Source of the DNA: Sphaerochaetaceae bacterium | GTDB taxonomy: Bacteria; Spirochaetota; Spirochaetia; Sphaerochaetales; Sphaerochaetaceae | Length of the DNA stretch: 64,000 nt | Direction: 5' to 3' | Assembly (NCBI GenBank): GCA_045615505.1 | Contig: JAZLEZ010000008.1 | Coordinates: 12,507 to 76,506, forward strand | Shown here: positions 1 to 8,554 of the stretch, in pieces | How positions within the stretch are numbered: position 1 is the first letter of the stretch | How the letters are laid out: each line of letters starts with the position of its first letter | Translations under genes and position numbers: made by a program | Notes under the pieces: generated by a model | Seen by the model: the letters and a program-made list of their open reading frames with translations, nothing else | Databases searched by the model: none | Told to the model about the DNA's origin: nothing

Positions 1-1240
1 CGAATCCGGAGTACATAACATCCATTGAACCGCAATCGGGACACTGTCTGACAGGCTTGCGGTGATGACCGCAGTAATGACATACAAGCTCACCGCTCTT
101 TCTGTGGTATGTCATTGCTATATCACAGTGGGGACATTTGAGCTCAAAACCACAGCTTTTGCAGTGAAAATAATAACTGAAACCTCTTCTGTTTAGAAAC
201 AGAATCACCTGTTTTTTTCTTGAAAGTACGGTGTTCATTTTCTCTATGAGAGCAGAACTGAAAATCCCTTTTTCTCCGCGCATATCTGCCAGTGTGATTT
301 TCGGAACACATCCTCCACCTACGCGTGATGTAAGATTTATGCGTTTCATCTTATCGCTTTCATTCATCATGCTCCACGCTTCAAGACTGGGAGTTGCGCT
401 TCCCATAAGAAGAATACCGTTGCAATCCGCAATTCTTTTCTGAGCAACCTGACGCGCATGATAACGGGGATCGTTTGAACTCTTGTATGAATTTTCATGT
501 TCTTCATCGATTATTATCATTTTCAGGCTGTCACAAGGAGCAAAAACTGCACTTCTTGCACCAATCACAAGCCCGATCTCATTGTTTTTTATTCTCCGCC
601 ACTGAGTTATTCTCTGCGCATCCGTCAAGCCGGAATGAAGAATTGCAACATTGTTTTTGAATCGTTTCAGAACCTGCAGAGCAAGCTGATGTGTAAGTGT
701 AATTTCGGGAACAAGATATATGACCTGACCACCCTTGTTTATCACTTCCTCCGCACAACGAAGAAAGACTTCCGTTTTTCCCGAGCCGGTAACACCGTAA
801 AGATAAAAAAGCCCGTTCTCAGCACCTGTAATTTCAGCTACGGCATTCTGTTGTTCCGATGTCAATACAACTTCAGGACGGTCAATGCCCTGTTCGCTTT
901 CTACTGCTCCGAAACTGACATCACGCCTTCCTCCCGGAATCATCGTATCAAGAACTTCACCCCGATGTGAAAAATAAAACTTCTCCATCCAAAGAGCAAG
1001 TTTCCATTGATATTCTCCGAAGATGGGCATTTTGTCCAAAACTCTGATTATGTTTCTGATTTTGAAATCACCTTCCGGTTTACTGTCGGATACTTTCAGA
1101 ACATAGGCTCTGGTTTTTCGTTTCCCAAACGGAACGATTACCCTGACTCCCGGAACTACATTGAGTTTTTCATCATCAAAACCGTAGGTGAACTCAGTTT
1201 TAAGAGGCACCGGAACTGCACAGAGGGCGTATTTAATCAT
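1..1240 (-). CDS. priA: Primosomal protein N' (replication-restart helicase PriA). About 413 N-terminal codons are present; the C-terminus runs off the left edge.
   Basis: Not in the ORF track because it is edge-truncated. Hand translation of the reverse strand from the ATG at 1238-1240 gives MIKYALCAVPVPLKTEF... It contains Walker A 'GVTGSGKTEV' (~775-800), the helicase box 'MIIIDEEHENSYK' (~485-520) and Zn-finger cysteines 'HCKSCGFELKCPHCD..CHYCG..CPDCGS' (~1-170). The ATG overlaps the upstream stop (ATGA at 1237-1240). Confidence 0.9.
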   Translation of the reverse strand, partial: MIKYALCAVPVPLKTEFTYGFDDEKLNVVPGVRVIVPFGKRKTRAYVLKVSDSKPEGDFKIRNIIRVLDKMPIFGEYQWKLALWMEKFYFSHRGEVLDTMIPGGRRDVSFGAVESEQGIDRPEVVLTSEQQNAVAEITGAENGLFYLYGVTGSGKTEVFLRCAEEVINKGGQVIYLVPEITLTHQLALQVLKRFKNNVAILHSGLTDAQRITQWRRIKNNEIGLVIGARSAVFAPCDSLKMIIIDEEHENSYKSSNDPRYHARQVAQKRIADCNGILLMGSATPSLEAWSMMNESDKMKRINLTSRVGGGCVPKITLADMRGEKGIFSSALIEKMNTVLSRKKQVILFLNRRGFSYYFHCKSCGFELKCPHCDIAMTYHRKSGELVCHYCGHHRKPVRQCPDCGSMDVMYSGF

Positions 1241-2028
1241 TTGGTGACAATCTTCAGATTAAGATATCTGGCAAGTTTCTGAAGATCTTCCCAGACAGGT
1301 CGTTTCAAAGACATATCCCTGAGAACAGCAGAAGGATGATATGTACAAATCATAGGGATTCTACTTTCGTAAAAACTGAATTTTCCCCTCAATTCAGCCA
1401 TCGGAACATCATATTGTCCGGTCATTTCCGTTGAAGCAGGCTTTCCGAGACACAAAATAGCCTTAGGCTGAATCAACTCAATCTGCTGTCTGATATAATT
1501 CCTGCACGCAAGCTTTTCATCATCCTGAGGATCTCTGTTCTGAGGAGGACGACATTTTACTATATTTGCAATGTATGTATTTGTATCTCTGGAAAGCGAA
1601 ATTGCCCTCAGCCATGCATCCAGATATTGACCGGATTTCCCAGTAAACGGACGACCGGTGTTATCTTCTGTTTCGCCGGGTCCTTCTCCTATGACCATAA
1701 CATCGGGATGGTCCGGACAACCTTCTCCGAAAACAACATTCTTTCTTGTTGAAGAAAGTTTACATCTTCGGCAGTTCATAGCACATTGCTTCAGTTCTTC
1801 CAGAGACATATCAGAACATTCGTCTGTGTCGGAAATCTTGTTTTCTGAGGATACAACCGATGCAGTGCCCAAACCCATTATTTTTGAAGCTGTGCCGGAG
1901 AAATCCCGATTCGGCCGTTCTTTTATTTCCCTGCCGCCGAGAATATCTGCAAACATATCCAGCAACTTATCAGTCTTATTGAGAGCATTCTCAAGTACTG
2001 CCTTTCTGGCTTTTGTCTCATCGTCCAT
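1237..2028 (-). CDS. Uracil-DNA glycosylase, family 4
   Basis: ORF 1237..2064. Motifs: 'CRRCKL', 'VFGEG', 'MVIGEGPGETED', 'GRPFTGKSGQYLD', 'IVKCRPPQNRDP'. I moved the start to the ATG at 2028 (MDDETK), which has a GAGGA-like RBS. The 2064 start would overlap truA by 47 nt. Confidence 0.85.
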   Translation of the reverse strand: MDDETKARKAVLENALNKTDKLLDMFADILGGREIKERPNRDFSGTASKIMGLGTASVVSSENKISDTDECSDMSLEELKQCAMNCRRCKLSSTRKNVVFGEGCPDHPDVMVIGEGPGETEDNTGRPFTGKSGQYLDAWLRAISLSRDTNTYIANIVKCRPPQNRDPQDDEKLACRNYIRQQIELIQPKAILCLGKPASTEMTGQYDVPMAELRGKFSFYESRIPMICTYHPSAVLRDMSLKRPVWEDLQKLARYLNLKIVTK

Positions 2029-2866
2029 ATTTTTCCTCAAACCACTGATACTCGTCAGAATCATAGCTTACACGCCACAAGTACAGACCGTCTGACGGAG
2101 CTGTTTTTCCGCAAAGGCTCCTGTCTTTCCCCTCAAGAACCTGTCTGAAATCTTCTGCATTCTTTCCGTTGAGAGCCATTTCAATCATAGTGCCTGTCAG
2201 AGAACGCACCATATGGTACAGAAAAGCATTTCCGCATACTCTGTACACAAGAATATCCTCATTAAATTCCGATTTTGTAAAAAAGAATTCAGACTCGTAA
2301 ATATCACGCACTTTACTAGGACATATATCCTTACTGCATGCAAATGTTGTGAAGTCATGCGTTCCGATAATCTGTTCTGCAAATGAATTGAGCACCTCAA
2401 TGTCCGGAAACTTTTTAAGGCAGGTAATGAGACCATCGTCAAAGGCATCATGACCAGGGTTGACTTTGCAGAAATATCTGTACTCCCTTGCCATTGCACT
2501 GTATCTTGCATGAAAACTTCTACCGGCCTCCCATGCTTTTTTTATCCTGACCTGAACCGGAAGCAATGCATTAAGAGCAGGACGGAAAGCTTCAGCAGGA
2601 ATTGTGCAGTCGTCTATTTCCGCATGAGCTGTCTGACCCCATGCATGGACTCCGCTGTCAGTTCGACCGCTGCCGCAGACTTCAACATCATTCTGTCCTG
2701 TAAACTGTTTTACAGCCTCCAGAATTGTCTGCTGAACCGAAACGCCGTTATCCTGACTCTGCCAACCGCAGAATGAACGCCCGTCGTAAGATACTATGAG
2801 ACCTATGCGTCTTCTTCCTTCAGGGGCATCGAATTTTTCCGGGCGTTTCCAATCCTCTCGTGACAT
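2018..2866 (-). CDS. truA: tRNA pseudouridine(38-40) synthase TruA
   Basis: ORF translation contains 'GSGRTDSGVHAWGQ' (catalytic Asp motif) and 'YRY'/'FLYHMVR' blocks typical of TruA. Confidence 0.9.
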   Translation of the reverse strand: MSREDWKRPEKFDAPEGRRRIGLIVSYDGRSFCGWQSQDNGVSVQQTILEAVKQFTGQNDVEVCGSGRTDSGVHAWGQTAHAEIDDCTIPAEAFRPALNALLPVQVRIKKAWEAGRSFHARYSAMAREYRYFCKVNPGHDAFDDGLITCLKKFPDIEVLNSFAEQIIGTHDFTTFACSKDICPSKVRDIYESEFFFTKSEFNEDILVYRVCGNAFLYHMVRSLTGTMIEMALNGKNAEDFRQVLEGKDRSLCGKTAPSDGLYLWRVSYDSDEYQWFEEKYGR

Positions 2867-2883
2867 TTATTCTCCGATTGAAA

Positions 2884-3279
2884 TCACTCAAAGTAAATCT
2901 TAATTACCGACGGCTTTGTAAAAATTGATATTTCGGAAAGGTTTATGTAATCCTTAAGCTCTGAATAATCTGCAGTAACAACAGCAGATGCAACACCTTT
3001 ATCATGAACATCGGAAAAATCAGCAAATAATTTAACCTTACTCACATCCAACAGATAAATCTGTTTCTCGGAACCCTTTATCACGACAGAAGCGGATTCC
3101 GGAACAATGCTGGTAGGAACATAACCTTTTGGCATAACAATCTGAAGGGGCATTGTAACCACTCTCTCCCCTTCAGCCTCAAAGACCACAAAAGCATAAA
3201 TGAAAATTGCAAAGAGCAGACAGAGAATTTTTACCTGCCAGTTCTTCAGAATACCTGCGGAGGCTTTTTCAAACTTCAT
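2884..3279 (-). CDS. YbbR/CdaR-like single-domain membrane-anchored protein (putative regulator of CdaA)
   Basis: ORF 2884..3330. I moved the start to the ATG at 3279 (MKFEKASAG), preceded by AGGAGGAT. It has one N-terminal TM segment and a beta-rich ectodomain, and sits immediately downstream of cdaA as in cdaA-cdaR operons. The assignment rests on context plus architecture only. Confidence 0.5.
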   Translation of the reverse strand: MKFEKASAGILKNWQVKILCLLFAIFIYAFVVFEAEGERVVTMPLQIVMPKGYVPTSIVPESASVVIKGSEKQIYLLDVSKVKLFADFSDVHDKGVASAVVTADYSELKDYINLSEISIFTKPSVIKIYFE

Positions 3280-4057
3280 AAGAATCCTCCTTAAGATCAA
3301 GCTGAATATCCAGATTGTTGAAGATTGCAAGCAATGTATTTTTGATTACTTCCGAAGAGAGGTTGTAATAGAGTTTTGCATTGTATGCAAGTGACATTGC
3401 ACCCGTTTCTTCCGAAACAATCAAAACGGCAGAATCGGATTCCTCTGCCATTCCAAGTCCTGCCCTGTGTCTTGTACCGAAAGACTGTCTGATATCTGTT
3501 TGGGCGGAAAGAGGCAGATAACAACCTGCCGCAACGATTTTTGAACCCTGAATAATCATTGCTCCGTCATGAAGAGCAGTATCGTAGTCGAATACAGTTA
3601 CTATAAGAGCTGTGGAAATATCGGCATTGAGCTTAGTGCCGCTTTCTATGATGTTTTTTATGGAAACACTTCTGGGAAAAACAATCAGTGCACCTCTTTT
3701 GGACTGAACCAGCCGTTCACAGGCACTTATGACACTGTCAACCATTTCAGCTGATGTGTGATTTGTTCTCACATTGAAGAATTTGCTTCTTCTTGTAAAA
3801 CCGGGGGCAAAGGCGCGTCTTAGTTCCGGCTGATACAAGACGCAGAGAAAAACAATCAGCGGCAGTGAAAGTGTTTCAAGCAGTCTGACCAGTATATCAA
3901 GTTTGAAAATATAGCTGACAAGGTAAACAATCATGTAGGATAGAAACAGCTTTGCCAACTGAGAAGCCTTATTATCCACCAGCGTGTTGTAAAACAGATA
4001 CAAAACAACCGAAATAAACAGAATCTGTACAACCGCTTTAATGATTTCAACTGTCAC
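3269..4057 (-). CDS. cdaA: Diadenylate cyclase CdaA (c-di-AMP synthase)
   Basis: Three N-terminal TM helices followed by a DAC domain: 'GALIVF', 'HDGAMII', 'GTRHRAGLGMAEESDSAVLIVSEETGAMSLA'. Confidence 0.87.
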   Translation of the reverse strand: MTVEIIKAVVQILFISVVLYLFYNTLVDNKASQLAKLFLSYMIVYLVSYIFKLDILVRLLETLSLPLIVFLCVLYQPELRRAFAPGFTRRSKFFNVRTNHTSAEMVDSVISACERLVQSKRGALIVFPRSVSIKNIIESGTKLNADISTALIVTVFDYDTALHDGAMIIQGSKIVAAGCYLPLSAQTDIRQSFGTRHRAGLGMAEESDSAVLIVSEETGAMSLAYNAKLYYNLSSEVIKNTLLAIFNNLDIQLDLKEDSYEV

Positions 4058-4111
4058 ATCAACACCTCTTTATCCTTCGGATGTTCATTATAAACTATTT
4101 GAGTGTACTAC

Positions 4112-6955
4112 TTAAAGACCAAGTTTAAGCATTTGAGCAGAAGAAGAAAAAGAACCGGTACTTTTGACTTTTGCCGAACATATACTGCTGCAAGAGCACC
4201 CTCTGTCTAAATCAGCCTTGAGTTTTGCCGCAACTTCATCAAGCTTTTCAAGTGTAACTGAAAGAACAGTATTTCTTCTTTTCAGATACAGTTCATCCGA
4301 TAACCCGTAAAGCGATCTTCTGAAAGCTTCAAAACATATGGCCTTGGGAATCATAGGTTTCAGTTCCTTACCTATTATTGTTACAACGGTACTGTCCAAC
4401 TCCTTCTGTGAAATTCTGTAAGAAAGAGCATCCCTGAAAAGCCTGAATGTATTGTCAATCTGAGGATCTCTGTAACTGGACATTGACAGGATTCTTTCCT
4501 GCATATCCAGATGACATTCTGCACCGTAGGCACCGTTCTTGCTTCTGACTGCATCAAACAGATAATTTCCGCTGACAATTGAGCAATAAAGCGAAATTTC
4601 TGCAAGAGCAGCATCATCCGGACAGTCAACAGCAAAAGCAAGAGCATTGTAGGCAGGGCCCCCGGAAACTGCAATTTTCGTGTTTTTATATTGACGAATG
4701 AAATCCCTATCCGACTCCGGCTCAATCAACTCTTCTGCAGATAAAGGAAAACTGTCAATGAAAACACCGGATTCGGATAGATTCTTTTCAAGATCAGAGT
4801 CTTCACAACCCAACTGCATTGTCATTCTGTTTTTAACAAAAACCCTGTCATGAAGAGCCTTGAGCACAGCTCCGAGTTGTTTGTTTTCCTTCATCAGTTT
4901 TTTCAGGAAAAGATAACTGCGGGTACCCATTGTATAATCTGCTTCTTTTTCTATTGCCGAAAGTGACGACCTTGCATGTATGGTTGCAAAAGCATTTGCA
5001 GATTCAAGATATTCCGATTCAATGTCGGTGATAATATCTATGAGAGCCGCTCTGATTCTCTTTTCGTCCGAAAAATCCGTATCTGAAAGCAGCTCGGAAA
5101 CAATACTCATAGCATCTGAAACATCTTCCTGCAAGGCACGGGTACGCACAAAAACAACACTTAGGGGATTCCCGTCCGTTTTCGTTGCACAAGAGTAAAC
5201 CATATTGAAGTCACCGGTATATTTCTTCACCAAAGTACCCATCTGAGAATAGTTATGCTTATCCGTATCCGCCATCTGCATGAAACGAATCAGAAGCGGC
5301 AACAGTTTTTTATCTTCTTCTTTCAGGGCCGTCACATCAAAGGCAAGATTTATATAACATATACCGCGGGTAACGATTTTCATGAATTTTACCGGAACTC
5401 CGTTTACATCAACTTCTTCCATGTCCAGTTCCGGAATCCGGTTAGGCATATCTGCTCTTGTAATTTTGGGAATTACCGCAAGTTCTTCTTCTGTATCCTC
5501 GGTATTTGCATAGACTTCAAAATCTTTCTGAAATACATTTAGTTTTTCCATTTTCCTGCATTTCTCATCAAGAATCGTCTGAAGTCTGTTATCGTACTCT
5601 GAATCACTCTTTACTGTAAGAAGACATCTTCTGTGATTTTCTATCAGATTTTTGCGAATCCAGTTTTCAAGGAATGACGGAGTTTTAACATCCTCTTTAA
5701 GTCTCTGAAGAAGTGCATAGTTATCAAGTCCTTTTTCAGGTTCGATTCCGCGCAACCAATAACGCGCAGCCCTCATGGCAACCAATACACCGAACGGATC
5801 GCCGGTTCCCTGAATCTCCCGTATCTTGAAAGCCTGCCTTTTCAATGATGCCTGTACGGCATCCTTATCCAGCCCGTCAGTTACAATCTTTTCCAAAGTA
5901 GAGATAATGAAATTCTCAATTTCGTTTTCCTTATCGGGTTTTGCATCAACAAAACCTACCATGAAAGGAATATAAGGAAACTCGCTGTCCATACCGCAGA
6001 CGGGATTTAGGTCTGCACCAAGTTCCGATTCCGTTACGGCTTTATAGAGAGGTGCTCCGGGATTGCCCAGAAGAATATCCGTAAGCATGGATACTGTAAG
6101 ACTTTCGTATGGTTCGGCTGCATTTGTCAGCCAAGTCATCACAACACTGTTTGCATCTTTTGTAGGGCAGTATTGAAGGTCTCTTTCATCTTTTACATCC
6201 GGTAAAACCATGTCCGATGGTCTGGTATATAGTTTTCTTCCGGTCCATCTTGAATCATTTTCAGGACCAAGATACCGCTCTTCAAGACGCTCAAAATACT
6301 TTTCAATTTCTATATCTCCGTAAAAGAAAAGTCTGCAGTTTGCAGGACTGTACCAAAGCCTGTATCTTTGCAGATATTCTTCATAGGTCAAATCTGCAAT
6401 GAACTCCGGATTGCCGCCGCTGTCATATTCATATCCGGTACCTTTGAAAAGCTTGTTGATGCTGTAGGCGGCAACAATCGAATCTTCCGAGCTTCTTGCA
6501 CCCCGCATCTCATTGAACACAACACCGTCAACCTTTCCGTTGAAGAATCTCACTCCTTCCTGTTCAAATGATTCCCGTCTCAGAAGCGGTTTGAAAACAG
6601 CATCCGAGTAAATGTCAAATATGATATCAAAATCTTTCTTCAAAGGAGAAGAAAACGGATACATTGTCTTGTCGTAAAATGTCATTGCATTCAGAAATGT
6701 ATTCGGACTTGAATTATACACTTCCGTAAAAGGATCTTTGACCGGATATCTTTCCGAACCGTTCAATACTGTATGCTCGATAATGTGTGCAACTCCTTTA
6801 CTGTCCTGAGATGGTGTTGCAAATGTAAAAGCACAGGTCATTTCGGTACTGTCGTTTTTAATGAAAAGCACCTCCATTCCCGTTCTGTCATGACGGTAAA
6901 AATATGCAGTTCCGTTATACTCTTTCATCGGAGAAGTTCGTAAAAGTTCAAACAT
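4112..6955 (-). CDS. M16-family (M16C/PreP-like) zinc metallopeptidase, ~947 aa
   Basis: Inverted zinc motif HxxEH in 'GVAHIIEHTVLNGSERYP', with the large four-domain length typical of M16C. An alternative ATG lies at 6928 (MKEYNG). Confidence 0.8.
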   Translation of the reverse strand: MFELLRTSPMKEYNGTAYFYRHDRTGMEVLFIKNDSTEMTCAFTFATPSQDSKGVAHIIEHTVLNGSERYPVKDPFTEVYNSSPNTFLNAMTFYDKTMYPFSSPLKKDFDIIFDIYSDAVFKPLLRRESFEQEGVRFFNGKVDGVVFNEMRGARSSEDSIVAAYSINKLFKGTGYEYDSGGNPEFIADLTYEEYLQRYRLWYSPANCRLFFYGDIEIEKYFERLEERYLGPENDSRWTGRKLYTRPSDMVLPDVKDERDLQYCPTKDANSVVMTWLTNAAEPYESLTVSMLTDILLGNPGAPLYKAVTESELGADLNPVCGMDSEFPYIPFMVGFVDAKPDKENEIENFIISTLEKIVTDGLDKDAVQASLKRQAFKIREIQGTGDPFGVLVAMRAARYWLRGIEPEKGLDNYALLQRLKEDVKTPSFLENWIRKNLIENHRRCLLTVKSDSEYDNRLQTILDEKCRKMEKLNVFQKDFEVYANTEDTEEELAVIPKITRADMPNRIPELDMEEVDVNGVPVKFMKIVTRGICYINLAFDVTALKEEDKKLLPLLIRFMQMADTDKHNYSQMGTLVKKYTGDFNMVYSCATKTDGNPLSVVFVRTRALQEDVSDAMSIVSELLSDTDFSDEKRIRAALIDIITDIESEYLESANAFATIHARSSLSAIEKEADYTMGTRSYLFLKKLMKENKQLGAVLKALHDRVFVKNRMTMQLGCEDSDLEKNLSESGVFIDSFPLSAEELIEPESDRDFIRQYKNTKIAVSGGPAYNALAFAVDCPDDAALAEISLYCSIVSGNYLFDAVRSKNGAYGAECHLDMQERILSMSSYRDPQIDNTFRLFRDALSYRISQKELDSTVVTIIGKELKPMIPKAICFEAFRRSLYGLSDELYLKRRNTVLSVTLEKLDEVAAKLKADLDRGCSCSSICSAKVKSTGSFSSSAQMLKLGL

Positions 6956-8330
6956 ATAAAGCCTTTATTATTGAATAGATTATTGATGCAAAGTTTAAAT
7001 AGGAATCTTCAAGAGCCTTTTCTTCAGTATTACCGAATCCATTGGAAAAAATTCCCCTGATGTCGGAAATCAATTGTCCGGTTTTCAAATCATAAAATCT
7101 TACAGTTCCCTCGGATGTTACCGCAATGTTTCCTGTTCTCGATGCTGAATAATCCGAGTATCCCACTCTGCTTATCAATGCGTAATCGCAATCCGGATTT
7201 GTTTTTTTAATGGCTTTCAGCACTTCTTCATCAGTATCTTCGGGACGGGATTCGAGAACAAATGATTTAATATCTTCTTCACTGAACCGTTCTGTAAAAA
7301 AAGAGTTTATCAAATCAGATTTTATGTAGTTTCCGTCAACCGACAATTCAAATGAAGACAGCGCAATTTCAATATCGGCATAGTTTACTTTATATTCAAA
7401 CAGAATTGCCTTATCCGATATTGCTTCTTTAATGGTATTCGCAGCCGATTCAGATACTCTGGCAAGTTCTCTCAACTCCTTGTCAAAGTCAAATGAAAAC
7501 ACAACAGCTCCCTGTTTTGCAATTGCGTGGTTTTCCGGAGAGAAAACAATTGTTCCGCCGTTGTCTGTAGAATAGACAAAACTGTCTTCATAAACAAATT
7601 TTCTTGAATCAAGAGCTTGATACGATGCCCTTATCGGTGCATTTATGACTCTGGACGGAATCAGTGAAGACTTTCTTTTTACACTTACAGTGCAGCTTGC
7701 TTCAGACGGGTTTTCCTCTACAACAGTCATGGAAGTCGATGACAGAACTTCCAGTATTTCCTGCATTATAAATGCAAATGAATATTCGTCATCTATCTGC
7801 GTCAGCGGGTATGAGAGCACCATGGATTCAATGTATTTTTTCAGACCGAGAATATCCTGATTCGATTTGATGAGTTCATCTCCTTCAAGTATCAGTCTTT
7901 CCGCTTCAGAAGCCATCTCACTTTCCTTGAGCATTGCTTCGCTTCTATATTTATTCAGAGTCTGATTTTTTCCCAAAGCCAAAAGGTAAACCATGTACTG
8001 ACCATCTTCAAGAACCTGATACTTCTCAACAACTTCAAAATCAAAGGAAGCAATTTTTCCGCTTCTTGAAAGTTCTCTGTAACTTTCTGTAGTCGGCTCA
8101 TTGCCTATATATGCAAACAGTCTGTTGTTTATATCAGTATAGGCAAGAAGCAATGCCTGTCTTTCATTTGCAGATTGTCCGACTCCTACAAACGCTGTTT
8201 CAGAATGATTGGCTTTTGACTGAGGTTTGAAATACCATGAAGGAGCGTTGATCTTGCTTCCTGAAACGGTAGCACAGCTAACAAGTATCCCTATGAGAAT
8301 TAAACTGAGCAGAATCATCTTTCTTTTCAT
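6948..8330 (-). CDS. Hypothetical lipoprotein
   Basis: ORF 6948..8342 starts on TTG; the ATG at 8330 gives MKRKMILLSLILIGILVSC with a lipobox (LVSC). The stop overlaps the M16 peptidase start by 8 nt, suggesting co-transcription. I recognise no catalytic motif. Confidence 0.6.
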   Translation of the reverse strand: MKRKMILLSLILIGILVSCATVSGSKINAPSWYFKPQSKANHSETAFVGVGQSANERQALLLAYTDINNRLFAYIGNEPTTESYRELSRSGKIASFDFEVVEKYQVLEDGQYMVYLLALGKNQTLNKYRSEAMLKESEMASEAERLILEGDELIKSNQDILGLKKYIESMVLSYPLTQIDDEYSFAFIMQEILEVLSSTSMTVVEENPSEASCTVSVKRKSSLIPSRVINAPIRASYQALDSRKFVYEDSFVYSTDNGGTIVFSPENHAIAKQGAVVFSFDFDKELRELARVSESAANTIKEAISDKAILFEYKVNYADIEIALSSFELSVDGNYIKSDLINSFFTERFSEEDIKSFVLESRPEDTDEEVLKAIKKTNPDCDYALISRVGYSDYSASRTGNIAVTSEGTVRFYDLKTGQLISDIRGIFSNGFGNTEEKALEDSYLNFASIIYSIIKALYV

Positions 8331-8356
8331 GCTTTCAATCAACTATAAAACATTTT

Positions 8357-8442
8357 AGAGCAACTTGCAAAACTCCTTTTTAATTCTCAGGCGTTCTTTG
8401 AACCCGCTAAATGATAGTGTAAAGAGGTACTTTCAAAACTTC
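8357..8442 (+). repeat. Dispersed intergenic repeat, copy A (two related 20-mers flanking a conserved core)
   Basis: 8360-8401 is identical (42/42) to 30429-30470. The 20-mers AGAGCAACTTGCAAAACTCC (8357-8376) and AGAGGTACTTTCAAAACTTC (8423-8442) match at 16/20. Confidence 0.8.
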
Positions 8443-8554
8443 TATCAGAAAAAAAGTTAAAAATATCATAAATCGTAAAAATAGTGTCATTTTGACTCAG
8501 AATTTCTCTAAGAAATATGGTCTGATTTCGGAATATAACACTGAGAGGTTGCCG

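Noticed and set aside
231-1282. Several plus-strand ORFs (231..443, 475..660, 497..970, 1007..1282).
   Set aside because: They lie antisense to the clearly motif-bearing priA frame, have low-complexity composition and lack an RBS. They are shadow ORFs.
8357-8401. Reading the repeat core as a sigma54 promoter (TTGCA element) or as an integron attC site. Treponema is known to host integrons.
   Set aside because: There is no GG element at the required -24 spacing upstream of TTGCA. The arm ends (GTGCAAC / GTTGCTC) do not fit the RYYYAAC / GTTRRRY core sites. No intI gene or cassette array is nearby, and the copies are scattered among core genes.
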